Of a DNA stretch of 64,000 nt, positions 39,201 through 51,510 are shown in pieces. Source of the stretch: Macrostomum lignano. Taxonomy: Eukaryota. The notes under the pieces were generated by a model. It was not told the DNA's origin, ran no database searches, and saw only the letters and a list, made by a program, of their open reading frames with translations. The translations under genes and the position numbers were made by a program. The stretch spans positions 10,019 to 74,018 of the forward strand of contig NIVC01001088.1 in assembly GCA_002269645.1 (NCBI GenBank), given 5' to 3'. Every line of letters begins with the position of its first letter. Position 1 is the first letter of the stretch.

Positions 39201-40882
39201 CAACCTGTCAGCGTCTCAGCCGCATGGTCCACATCCTCGCAGGTCTCAATCGGACGTAATTCCGTGAGTTCCTGCAGGTGCAGATCAAGGGTAGCCTTAT
39301 AGACTGCCCAATCAGTGTTGCGAATGTTACGCCTCCAAGTGATCGAGGACTGGGGTTTAGTGTCCACGATGTTAAAGGCGATAAAGCAGTGGTCAGACAG
39401 GGAGGGCTCCTCAGACCAGACTTCACTTCTCAACTCTGTCAAAGAGTTTTGGGGTAGAGAATGTGGCATCGAGGGCCTCAGTCCATCTGCCATTGTGAAA
39501 GGTAGGAGCAGGCGAATAACGTCTGGTCCAGCTGCGGTGCTCTTTGCCGAGACAAAAACCACGTAGGGTATTGTCTTTGGACGCTGGCCTTCGCGAAGAA
39601 AAAGGGCTCCGCCGAGGTCAGCATCCAAGGAGACCGTCGGCAGCCGCTGGAGCAGCTGCTGAGCATCCTTATCACTGCTAGGAGCGATAAGAACGAATGT
39701 GCTTCGCAGCACCATCCGCTCAATGCCGATGGAGATTCCCTCCTCGACAGTCCGCTCAATCAGATGGGATTCAATAGCACTCCACACTTTTTGAAGCTGA
39801 TCAGTGGTCCAGTCCTGGTCGCGACCTCGAATGATCACTCCCGGGATTTTGGCCTTGGCCTTCGCCGCAAAGGTAGCTCCCGAAGGAACCTCCTTGTTGG
39901 CAGTGGCCATTTGTTGCGCCGTGGTTTCGGCCTCAGCAGCCGCGGCAGCAGCTCCAGGGAGCGCCGCTGAACTACTGGGGCTTCCACCGGCCGGCCCGTC
40001 TGGTTGCCTTGGGACGCCAGTCGCTTCAGCGTCCGTGGTGGACGCCGCCGCTTTGCCCCCCCGCAGCTTCCTTCTTGGCCTGCCTTTTGGCGCGTCGCTT
40101 AGCGCGTTTGCGCTCGAGCCGAGCCCGCTGAGCTTCATCGGATCTGCCAGATTTGGCCGGTCCTTTAGGCTCAGAGCCCGCGGTTCCCTTTGATCTACCA
40201 GCAGAGCTGGCAGGTCTTTGGGTGTTTTGGTTTTGGTAGCTCTTGTTGGATCTGGTTGGAAGGCCAGGGCGGTCCTTCGGACTGAGGTTGGGATTTAGAA
40301 GGGTCCCCGTCCCTAGAATTAGTTTGGTTATCCATAGTCGGCTCGAAGGCCATGATAAAGATTGATGGACTACCCTCGAAGGGGCGCGGTACCCACCCGG
40401 CCGCTCCAACTGACCGGGCAGTAGGCCAAAAGAACCCTCAAGGCTGGTCCGACACCAGGAGGGAGACCGCTTGCGACCGGACTACTCCCCGGCCTTCCAG
40501 CCCATCGGCACGGTCAAACACCTTAGGTATAGAGGGTATACGTTGAGCAGTACCACGGCCTGCGGACTGGCAAGCCAGACCCGCATACACAAGTTCGGCA
40601 AAAGCCACTGGATGGGTCCCCAGCGTCGGAAGCCCAGTCTGTCCGGCAGCCCTAGGGTCTGCCTTGAACACTCGCGGGGACGAGTACCCTGGGTCGGCTC
40701 GCAAAACAGTGTGAGGGGGGGGGGTCCGCGGCTGCCAGTGGCAAATAGAGAGTGCAGACCTCCCTCCAGCCTTGACCTGCTGAAGATAGGGGCAGGCGTG
40801 GAGCATCGCAGACCTTAGCCCATAGGCCTGGTCTGTCTCATACTTCACTGGCATGCTGAATACGCCCGTGCGAGCGAGGGCG
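36286..40882 (-). mobile_element. Non-LTR retrotransposon, LOA/R1-type with RNase H; both ends present, internally deleted and frameshifted
   Basis: ORF1-like basic/gag region at 40409-39500. APE remnant SEEPSLSDH. RT motifs SLGPDGIYP, FRPISLTS, FLEIVGAFDNV, GGPQGEVLTPTLWN, GYADDV. RNase H YTDGSK and WVPGHVGIRGNELADALAK. Zinc knuckle CSFCNSGDETAEHFVSIC. Tail (TAAGTCAAG)2. 16-bp direct repeat AGGGCGAGGGCGAGGG at 36270-36285 and 40883-40898. Confidence 0.92.
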
Positions 40883-41639
40883 AGGGCGAGGGCGAGGGAA
40901 ACTGCTGACAAAGGGGGCGCCTAACACCAAACTAGCGGATCACTACATTAGTCTTGAACAGTAACATATTCTACTATAACCCGAAAGCTAAAGTTCATAT
41001 TAACAGAGTTCTCAGTCTTCATGAGTATAATTACTTTTTGGACACGGCCCTCGCAATTGTAGCACCGGCGCGACGAACTTTAAACACGTCGCAGTGGCCC
41101 GCTACAATTGAGACTTGCCTCAGTCTCAACTCTCTTTTCTTATTCTCTAATAATAACGTACCAGGCTATGGAAACACGGATCTAAGAGAACAATTTTAAG
41201 AAGCAGACAGAGACTGCAGACAGAGCACAGAGCAGAGGCTGAAGGATGTCTGTCATCTTGAGTTTTATTTATTTCTTATCTGTGATGCTACTCTATTATA
41301 ACTAAAACGTCGAGATCAAAAAAACTATCTTCGTCCTTTAAATATGAATAAAAAATTCTATTCTTAGAACTTCGTCATTTTTTCGATTCCGTAGCATCCG
41401 CATGCAGAATGGGTATAATTGCAAGACGAGGCGGCAGAAAAATGTGTGTAAAACTGCTGAGAAAGAAGCTGCGCTTTTACCTTTGAGACATCGGACTTCG
41501 TGAGTTTTATTTCTGTTCAGATGAGCAATTACAGGGATCAAGCATATTATGCATCATTATAGGGCCTAAGTGTATCAATCCCCCTATTCATTGATAGTGC
41601 CCTCCCCCCAGTATAGTGTGCCTCACTCGAGAACACGAG

Positions 41640-43020
41640 GACATTGCCCTCTTTAGTGTCTCCAAAACAGTGCCCCACTCGAGGACAGTGCCCCCAAGGA
41701 CACCCACCGAGGACAGTGACCCCCCGAGGACAGTGCCCCCCCGAGGACAGTAGTCCCCAGGATAGTGCCCCCCAGGATAGTGTCTCCAAAGACAGTGCCC
41801 CACTCGAGGACAGTGCCCCCCCCGAGGACAGTAGCCCCCAGGATAGTGTCTCCAAAACAGTGCCCCACTCGAGGACAGTGCCCCCAAGGACACCCCCGAG
41901 GACAGTGCCCCCGAGGACAGTAGTCCCCAGGATAGTGCCCCCCAGGATAGTGTCTCCAAAGACAGTGCCCCACTCGAGGACAGTGCCCCCGAGGACACCC
42001 CCCGAGGACAGTGCCCCCCCGAGGACAGTAGTCCCCAGGATAGTGTCTCCAAAGACAGTGCCCCCCTCGAGGACAGTGCCCCCGAGGACACCCCCGAGGA
42101 CAGTGCCCCCCGAGGACAGTGCCCCCCGAGGACAGTGCCCCCCCCGAGGACAGTAGTCCCCAGGACAGTGCCCCCCAGGATAGTGTCTCCAAAGACAGTG
42201 CCCCCGAGGATCCCCGAGGACAGTGCCTCCCCCCCCGAGGACAGTGCCCTCCCCCGAGGACAGTAGTCCCCAGGATAGTGCCCCCCCCAGGATAGTGTCT
42301 CCAAAGACAGTGGCTCCCCCCCCGAGGATAGTGGCTCCAGAATAGTACCGCCCAGGACAGTGCCACCCCCCCCTACGAGGACAGTGCCCCCGAGGACAGT
42401 GCCCCCCGAGGACAGTGCCTCCCGAGGACAGTGCCCCCGAGGACAGTGCCCCCCGAGGACAGTGCCCCCGAGGACAGTGCCCCCCCCCGAGGACAGTGCC
42501 CCCGAGCACAGTGCCCCCCGAGGACAGTGCCCCCGAGGACAGTGCCCCCGAGGACAGTGCCCCCCGAGGACAGAGCCCCCCGAGGACAGTAGTCCCCAGG
42601 ATAGTGCCCCCAGGATATTGTCTCCAAAGACAGTGCCCCCGAGGACACCCCCGAGGACAGTGCCCCCCCGAGGACAGTGCCCTCCCCCCGAGGACAGTAG
42701 TCCCCAGGATAGTGCCCCCCAGGATAGTGCCCCCAGGATAGTGTCTCCAAAGACAGTGCCCCCGAGGACACCCCCGAGGACAGTGCCACCCCCCCCCGAG
42801 GACAGTGCCCCCGAGGACAGTGCCCCCGAGGACAGTGGCCCCCCGAAGACAGTGCCCTCGGAATAGTTCCCCCCCCCAAAATACTGTAGTATTTCTAAAG
42901 ACAGTGGCTCCCCCCCCGAGGACAGTGGCTCCAGGATAGTACCGCCCAGGACAGTGCCCCCTCCCCCCGAGGACACCGCCCTTGAGGACAGCGCCCCCGA
43001 TGACGGTGCCTCAGGATAGT
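41640..43020. repeat. GC-rich 15-17-bp minisatellite GAGGACAGTGCCCCCC with GGATAGTGTCTCCAAA sub-blocks
   Basis: Visible directly; accounts for the GGTVLG/HCPRG ORFs. Confidence 0.94.
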
Positions 43021-43274
43021 GCTGCCTAATTAAACCTCGGAGATTGCATCGCGAAATTGGCGCTTTACTCGTACACGAGCCAAGCCATCTTGCTCGGATG
43101 GCCAGCTTCCTTTCAGAGCGTCTTTTAGAAGCAGACAAAAATATAAAAATCCACTGAAGTCCAACACACTTGTCTTTTCTATAGAAAAATGTAATTTTCT
43201 CGTTTATCTACTAATAATAACCCAAAAATAACGCCTTCTCAATACCAGGTTAAAGAAGAATAAGAAGAGCAAAG

Positions 43275-46200
43275 ATGGTGCTGGTTTGGTAAGCATTTTA
43301 TTACATTTTTGGAGCCTACAGGCAGTACAGTTCTCCATTGAGAACAGTTACCCATTGAGAACAGTTCCCATTGAGAACAGTTCCCATTGGGAACAGTTCC
43401 CCTACAGTTTTCCATTGAGAACAGCTTTCTATTAATGACAGTTCCCATTGAGAACAGTTCCCAATGAGAACAGTTCCCATTGAGAACAGTTCCCATTGGG
43501 AACAGTTCCCCTACAGTTTTGCATTGAGAACAGCTTTCTATTAATGACAGTTCCCATTGAGAACAGTTCCCATTGAGAACAGTTCCCATTGAGGACAGTT
43601 ACCCATTGAGGAGAGTTACCCATTGAGGACAGTTACCCATTGAGGACAGTTACCCATTGAGTAAAGTTCCTCATTGAGTACAGTTCCCCATTGAGTAAAG
43701 TTCCTCATTGAGTACAGTCCCCATTGTGGACAGTTCCCCATTGAGTACATGCAGTTTTCCAGGGAGAACAGTTCCTACATGTAATTTCTGATTTGTGAGC
43801 TGAATATGGCGCATCGGGATCAAACTTTCTTACAGGTTCCTGTTGGTTCTAATCCAAACATCTGGAAATCTTGCCGTTAACAGTTGCCAAAATGGAGGTA
43901 CATTCGATTATAGCACTTTCAGATGCTTCTGCACCACTGAGTTCTATGGGGAGAGTTGTGAGTCATCCTACATTGACAACGATCCGTGCTCAGATACCAG
44001 CATACCGGAGATTGCCGATTCAACGGGCTCTCATGGACCAGCCAGAACTCAGTCCTGCACAGAAACGGGTACTTGCTTTGACTTCTCCAAAATTTCAACC
44101 GGATGGTATAGGATTAACTCTCCGGCCGGGAATGCACTGACAAGCAGGTGTCCGGATACAACAAGCACCTGTGGAAGCTCCGCGCCATTCATCGTCACAA
44201 ACATCGTCCAAGAACAGAACGCCAACAGGCAACTCTATTCTGCTAAACTGTCTAAGATAGTTAGGTCCGGGCCCAACTGTTACGATTCCAGTGGCGACAA
44301 CTATCCGGTGAAAATCCTGGAATGTGGATCGTACAAACTTTACTACCTAAGACCGACAAGCTACGCTGAGCATCACTACTGCATTGGAGACAGGAAAGTG
44401 TGCGCAACTGGGTTCGTTTCAGCAGATGGCAGCGGCTACGAGCCGTGTCACGATGCCACTTCCTGCTTGCCGACGTTGAAACCTGAAGCTGCTACGTCAC
44501 CAATTCTACGACAAGTCAGAATCAATTTAAACCAATACAATTACCACAGTTACTTCAACTGCTCGTTTCAGAACGTATTTCAAGCTCCGAGCAACTTCAC
44601 GCTGGGACTTCGATACAGAGTAACTTACCGGCTGACATTTCACAATGGTACAAAAATCGATATCCCAGACTGCACGGCTGCCGATTTGAACATTGCATCG
44701 AATTCAAATGAAACAACCACAGTGTCCTGCAGGCACGACAAATTTCTTAGACCGCATTCTAACATCTACGGTGGAACGCTGGAATGCGTGCTGCAAGCGA
44801 AGTGCAACTCGGCAACCTCGAATTACATTTCCCAAGAGCTTAGCTCCGTACCGCACAGATTTGAGTTCCTATACAACCTGGTTGATCCCGACACCAATGC
44901 AACCACGTCCGTGATAACGCCTTCCAAGCCTATTCAAATATGCATTAATGTTTCGAAAGTGCCGACAGCCAGTGTAGGAAACGAGGGCGGCATTAAGTTT
45001 CGAATTACAACGCGCCGAAAAGCTCTAATTTTGAAGGACAAAATCACTATTAAGGTCAACTCGTCGATAGGAAACGAGACAGCAACTCCTTGTTCGGTAG
45101 AGTTTCCTCCTATGTTTATCGGTGCAACAAGAGCTTGCACAACGCTGACACTGATGAACGAGGACGACGATGGCTTGATTGTTGCCGGTCTCACCGAATC
45201 CCAGTGGACTTCTCAGATCGAAGTGAATGTCAGTTACTCTTCAATGGCATTAAAAGGAGTTTACACTGGAAATCGATGGGTGAAAATTCAGTCGCGCAAG
45301 CTAACCATTGATCTGAGTCCGCTATACGGGGTCGAACGCAAGGACTATTTGCACGTTTATTATGACCCCTATATCAAGCCGGCGAACTTGGATTCAGCAT
45401 ATGGATCTTTCATTTCCGGCGACCAATGCAGAGTACTGTCTTTGCTGCGACACAGTACTCTGCCATACGAAGTACAAGCGAAGGAGTGCGTCCAGAATTC
45501 GAGAAATTCATTCGCGTCGTTTGTCACTCAGTTGGCTTTAAGATACGAGAATTACGTAATTCAAACATACAGCGTAGGTGGTACATTTGCTTATACAACA
45601 AGGAAAGCAGCAGCAACTAGTGTACTGCCGCTGACTGATGACGATGTTCCCTGGGGAGTAACGATTGAAAAAGCCAAAACTGGAGTGCGGCTGAAGCTTG
45701 ACCTGTATGGCACAATAATTTACACCTGGGGCTTTCGCACCGGATCTCGAGGCTGCGCACACACCTTTATTCAGAGTCGAAAATCAATGCTTGAATTCGA
45801 TGCTACGCGGTGCTCTTCTTCACGTGCTACAACGGCTGGGTTCGATGCACTGGATACCATGGTAATCCCTGGGTTCTACGATACTCCTAGCAGAGTGGAG
45901 GGTCTCATGTACAAACCTAATGCAGCATCGTGGACAGTATCTGACACCATTGCCTTGGAAAGCACTAGAGATATGTTCTCAAACAACTTTGTACCAGATT
46001 CAGTTCCAGAGAGTCTTTTGAAGCCAGTTCAGACGCTAAATTTTTGCTCCTGCTACGACGGTGACGAATACAAACCGTTAGACCTGGCTGGTAGGTGTGT
46101 TATCAAACAAAATAAAACGATAAGCTACTCAAGAAAAAAGCGGTCAGTTCCTCGTCCTGGTCCCATCCTCTGGCAAAAAATCGCAAGAGCAGCCAGACAG

Positions 46201-46735
46201 TCAGCTCAGAGCAGCAGCACCGATACAGTTACAGCGGACAAGGCGACGCAGCACTGCAACGACCGTATTAGACAAAAGAGGCAAGATCGTCACCGAGTGT
46301 TCAAAGGCAACCGGCATCATTGGATCTATGGATTTTATATCTAAATTCAAGACTGTTTGCAGTCAATACGCTATCCAGCTAAATTCATTCAACTTGACCG
46401 AGTCTCTGTTCAACTCTTTCGCTGGCGAATGCGTCAGGAGTCTCAGCTACAACGTGTCGATTGTGCTAAACAGCAAAGCCAGCAGCATCATCCAAGACCT
46501 GGAGGCTGAGATCTGTCCCAATGGCTGCTCAGGCTATGGAATCTGCCTCTCTGGAGCTTGCCAGTGTACCGGAGGTTATTCAGGAGATGACTGCCGCGAA
46601 CTTACAGTCCAGACTGGCGAAACTGGTGGAAATAATCCTACGGACGGCGCCGGGGCCATCATTACATCATTAGCGGCTTTGATTGTAGCGCTATTCTTCG
46701 TAGCCACAAGTTGCAAAATAACTCCGATTTATTAA
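43275..46735 (+). CDS. VWDE-like secreted or GPI-anchored protein (signal peptide, EGF, uromodulin-type Cys-rich domain, VWD-like, RKKR site, EGF, hydrophobic tail). Exons 43275-43288 and 43836-46735, with a +1 frameshift near 46270
   Basis: Micro-exon ATGGTGCTGGTTTG|gtaagc joins ttacag|G in phase to give signal peptide MVLVWFLLVLIQTSG. EGF CQNGG..CFCTTEFYGESC; DPC..GWYR..CGSSAP; YYDPY at the GDPH position; CPNGCSGYGICLSGACQCTGGYSGDDC; terminal hydrophobic stretch. The two ORFs 43843-46344 and 46328-46735 overlap in different frames. Confidence 0.7.
43325..43790. repeat. 16/17-bp minisatellite CCCATTGAGAACAGTT in VWDE-like intron 1
   Basis: Visible directly. Confidence 0.92.
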
Positions 46736-47902
46736 GATTGCTATATATTAACAAAACATTTCAAAATTACTCTGCCAAAGGATTTTTATTGACAATTTTT
46801 TATATTCATATCTACTTACTCGAAACTTTACTCTCGAATTTGTTAATCTATATTTTTTTAATTTTTGTTCATAGCTGCAACAGCTAGCTTTAACCACGAG
46901 CATGTTTTTTTTCACTATATAAGTCTTTGTATATTTGTATCAGAGTTAAGTTTATTGAATAGTTCAATCGATGCTTATAGTTCAAATTTTAGCTCACTCC
47001 GTTAATTTTCGTTTTATTTTTGGTTTCTATAGCTTAGCTATTGTTACGCGTCAGAAGTTGCTTAAAATATTTATTCAGCATTCAAATTCAAATTCAAATT
47101 TTGGCTATTACCATATTTTGTATCTGCTTTTGTAGATATTCCGACCTTAGTCTGATGTTCAAGAGCGACGCTAAAATTTATCCCTGTTTATAACAAAAGT
47201 TTATAACTACTCACGATTTTTAACCGAATTTTTTAAATGCGGTTTGTTACATTAACAAAATTTACTGATTAAAAAATATACACATTGACGAGCTCGTAAA
47301 AAGGTTTTCAATTTAGCCTATTGTAAATCTTATTGGCCTTGTGTATTCTTGTGCAAACCCTTCTAACGATTTATAATTGTGACTTTAAATTACAGTAATA
47401 GAAAATATTTCAGACATAAATCTTTATTATAGTTCACCCAGCAAGCGAATTTATTTGTTTTAACAAGATAATCTTTGTTCACGGATGTTTCTAAGCACAG
47501 ACCGCTCCTGCTGCCGCTTTTGCATTTGCTGCCGGCGGCACCTTGCAAGTAGGGGAGCTGCAGGTTGTTGAAGTTGCCGCCTGCGACTGCACACCATGTG
47601 GTAGGGGTACTTGCCGCACCTGGCCACCCCGCAACCAATTAAGGTGGTCTTGTCCCATACCATCTGAGTGTAATGACCGCACACTTTTCTACAGCTCTTA
47701 CTATTGTAGTTGTAGTCTTTGTACTCGTCAAACCACAACTGCACGTTGCTGAAATCGAATTGAATGCTTATTTTTTATATAACTATAATCGTTGTTGACG
47801 TTACAGAGAAGCTACGAGGGAATTTTTTAACACTAAAAGCAAAGCCCTGAAGGCCAGCAATCCAACCTATATTATCTAACCTATAACCTATAACCTACTA
47901 AC

Positions 47903-48175
47903 CAGGAGCGTCGCTATGGATTTAATGTTGAAGGGGACAAAGCTAAAATTCTACATGTGCATGTACATTATTAAAATTCTACATGTACATTATTTTCAGA
48001 ATCGGTGTTGTCAGCGATCATTTTAGCGCCGCAGGCGCTGTTTTGTCGCCCTGAAGCAAAATTATTGATTTCCAGGTCAACAAAAGTGGGGTAGGGGACA
48101 AAGCCTTAGAATATGTCCCCCACCCATAACGTTTCTGGGGGGATCCTGTCCCCCCCCCCGGTGGCGACGCCCCTG
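47903..48175. mobile_element. hAT-type MITE, 273 bp, in a CAP gene intron
   Basis: TIRs CAGGAGCGTCGCTA and reverse complement CAGGGGCGTCGCCA (12/14). 8-bp TSD CTACTAAC / CTACTAAA (7/8). Subterminal GGGGACA motifs in both orientations. Confidence 0.8.
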
Positions 48176-48589
48176 CTACTAAACCTATAGCCTATCTAAG
48201 TTATAAGATATTCAGCCGATGTTAACTTTGATACCAAATCCCTTTAAGCCATAGCATAACCCTAACTCTCCCTTTGATGCTTGGCCCGTGGCTTTATATG
48301 TATGATAGGGTTTAGGGATTAGGGTTTAGCGCAATGCGACAACATATTTACCTTGTAAAGTCGTCACTTCTTCCGCCAGCCCAGTTCTGTCCGACCCAGC
48401 CGAATGGGGGCAACTTTCTGTCCGCCGCTGACTCGAGACCAGCCCGGCACTTCTGCACCCATTTGTTGGCGCTGGCCATGAGCCTGTCGTCCCAGACCAT
48501 TTTTGATTAATTGGAAATGAAAACAGCAACAGTTTTTTAAACTTGGGGGTTGGCGAACCATATTTAGAGAAGTGGCATTTGTGTGCATC

Positions 48590-50560
48590 GGTAGGAGTGG
48601 CAACCCATCTAGAGGAGTGGCAGCCCATCTAGAAGAGTGACAACCCATCTAGGATCGTGACAACCCATCTAGGATCGTGACAACCCATCTAGAAGAGTGA
48701 CAACCCATCTAGAAGAGTGACAACCCATCAAGGATCGTGACAATCCATCTAGAAGAGTGACAACCCATCTAGGATCGTGAAACCCATCAAGAAGAGTGAC
48801 AACCCATCTAGAAGAGTGACAACCCATCTAGAAGAGTGACAACCCATCTAGAAGAGTGACAACCCATCTAAAAGAGTAACAACCCATCTAGAGGAGTGGC
48901 AGCCCATCTAGAAGAGTGACAACCCATCTAGGATCGTGACAACCCATCTAGGATCGTGACAACCCATCAAGAAGAGTGACAACCCATCTAGAAGAGTGAC
49001 AACCCATCTAGGATCGTGACAATCCATCTAGAAGAGTGACAACCCATCTAGGATCGTGAAACCCATCAAGAAGAGTGACAACCCATCTAGAAGAGTGACA
49101 ACCCATCTAGGATCGTGACAATCCATCTAGAAGAGTGACAACCCATCTAGGATCGTGAAACCCATCAAGAAGAGTGACAACCCATCTAGAAGAGTGACAA
49201 CCCATCTAGAAGAGTGACAACCCATCTAGAAGAGTGACAACCCATCTAAAAGAGTAACAACCCATCTTGAAGAGTGGCAGCCCATTTAGAAGAGTGGTAA
49301 CCCATTTAGAAGAGTGACAACTCATTTAAAAGAGTGAAAACCCATTTAGAAAAGTGACAACCCATCTAGAAAAGTGACAACCCATCTAGAAGAGTGATAA
49401 CCCATCTAGAAGAGTGACAACCAATCTGGAAGAGTGACAACCCATCTAGAAGAGTGACAACCCATCTAGGATCGTGACAACCCATCTAGGATCGTGACAA
49501 CCCATCTAGAAGAGTGACAATCCATCTAGAAGAGTGACAACCCATCTAGGATCGTGACAATCCATCTAGAAGAGTGACAACCCATCTAGGATCGTGAAAC
49601 CCATCAAGAAGAGTGACAACCCATCTAGAAGAGTGACAACCCATCTAAAAGAGTAACAACCCATCTTGAAGAGTGGCAGCCCATTTAGAAGAGTGGTAAC
49701 CCATTTAGAAGAGTGACAACTCATTTAAAAGAGTGAAAACCCATTTAGAAAAGTGACAACCCATCTAGAAAAGTGACAACCCATCTAGAAGAGTGATAAC
49801 CCATCTAGAAGAGTGACAACCAATCTGGAAGAGTGACAACCCATCTAGAAGAGTGACAACCCATCTAGAAGATGACAACCCATCTAGAAGAGTGACTACC
49901 CATCTAGAAGAGTTACAACCCATCTTGAAGAGTGACAACGCATTTAAAAGAGTGAAAACCCATTTAGAAAAGTGACAAACCATCTAGAAAAGTGACAACC
50001 CATCTAGAAGAGTGATAACCTATCTAGAAGAGTGACAACCAATCTGGAAGAGTGACAACCCATCTAGAAGAGTGACAACCCATCTTGAAGAGTGACAACG
50101 CATTTAAAAGAGTGAAAACCCATTTAGAAAAGTGACAAACCATCTAGAAAAGTGACAACCCATCTAGAAGAGTGATAACCTATCTAGAAGAGTGACAACC
50201 AATCTGGAAGAGTGACAACCCATCTAGAAGAGTGACAACCCATCTAGAAGAGTGACAACCCATCTAGAAGAGTGACAACCCATCTAGGATCGTGAAACCC
50301 ATCAAGAAGAGTGACAACCCATCTAGAAGAGTGACAACCCATCAAGAAGAGTGACAACCCATCTAGAAGAGAGACAACCCATCTAAAAGAGTAACAACCC
50401 ATCTTGAAGAGTGGCAGCCCATTTAGAAGAGTGGTAACCCATTTAGAAGAGTGGCAACCCATCTATAACAGTGGCAACCCATTGAAAGAGGTCAAAACCA
50501 ATCTAGAGGAGTGGCAATCCATCTTAATGAGAGACAACCCATCTAGAAGAAGCAGCCCAT
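48590..50560. repeat. 20-bp minisatellite, array 1: GAAGAGTGACAACCCATCTA
   Basis: About 98 units with internal block duplications. Confidence 0.96.
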
Positions 50561-50904
50561 AGGAAGGGTTGCCACTATTCTTTTCTGGCTTGCTTCATTT
50601 GCAATATAAAGAAGTTCAGAAAATGCAGTATTGTTAATATGATTTTGTGCTGAAAGAACTAATTTTGCAAATGCATTTTGCTGTAGCAACAATTACCAGC
50701 TCCGCCATGTCTGCCGCAGGCGGCTGACCAGCGGTCTGTCCTTTAGCTGTTTGCGATCTCAGCTTATTGTGAGCGTCCACAATGGCTTGCTTTTGTTGCG
50801 GTGTCAGCGACACTAAGCTGGCTTCGCAGCATGTCGTTGTCATGAAAACCAGTAGGAGCAATGCGACTAAGTCTGTTAATCATGGTTAAGAACGATTGAT
50901 GGAG

Positions 50905-51510
50905 AAAGCTTAGGATTGGCAGCCCATCGGAAGGAGTGGAAACCCATCGGAAGGAGTGGAAACCCATCGGAAGGAGTGGAAACCCATCGGAAGGAGTGGA
51001 AACCCATCGGAAGGAGTGGCAACCCATCCAGAAGAGTGGCAACCCATCCAGAAGAGTGGCAACCCATCCAGAAGAGTGGCAACCCATCCAGAAGAGTGGC
51101 AACCCATCCAGAAGAGTGGCAACCCATCCAGAAGAGTGGCAACTCACCCGGAAGAGTGGCAACTCACCCGGAAGAGTGGCAACTCACCCGGAAGAGTGGC
51201 AACCCATCCAGAAGAGTGGCAACCCATCCAGAAGAGTGGCAACCCATCCAGAAGAGTGGCAACCCATCCAGAAGAGTCGCAACTCATCCGGAAGAGTGGC
51301 AACCCATCCAGAAGAGTGGCAACCCATCCGGAAGAGTGGCAACCCATCCAGAAGAGTGGCAACCCATCCAGAAGAGTGGCAACCCATCCAGAAGAGTGGC
51401 AACCCATCCAGAAGAGTGGCAACCCATCCAGAAGAGTGGCAGCCAATCCAGAAGAGTGGCAGCCAATCCAGAAGAGTGGCAACCCATCCAGAAGAGTGGC
51501 AGCCCAACCC
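50905..51510. repeat. 20-bp minisatellite, array 2: GAAGAGTGGCAACCCATCCA
   Basis: About 30 units. Confidence 0.96.

Larger units (their letters stand above)
47390..50872 (-). pseudogene. CAP/SCP (CRISP/PR-1/venom allergen-like) gene, apparently disrupted. Exons 50872-50697, 48497-48352, 47748-47390; first exon not located
   Basis: LTPQQKQAIVDAHNKLRS..QPPAADMAEL|VWDDRL..ANKWVQKC..GWVGQNWA|..WFDEYKDYNY..CGHYTQMVWDKTTLIGCG, then GGNF. Frameshift near 47587 in the expected CNY motif. No AG before the exon starting at 48497. Could instead be assembly error. Confidence 0.78.

Noticed and set aside
40400-40880. HDV-like ribozyme in the LINE 5' UTR (CTCGTCCCCGCGAG resembles P3/L3)
   Set aside because: Could not build P1, P1.1 and P2 pairings by hand; needs an RNArobo or Infernal search.
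48305-48330. TAGGGTTTAGGGATTAGGG telomere-like run
   Set aside because: Only about three imperfect units.
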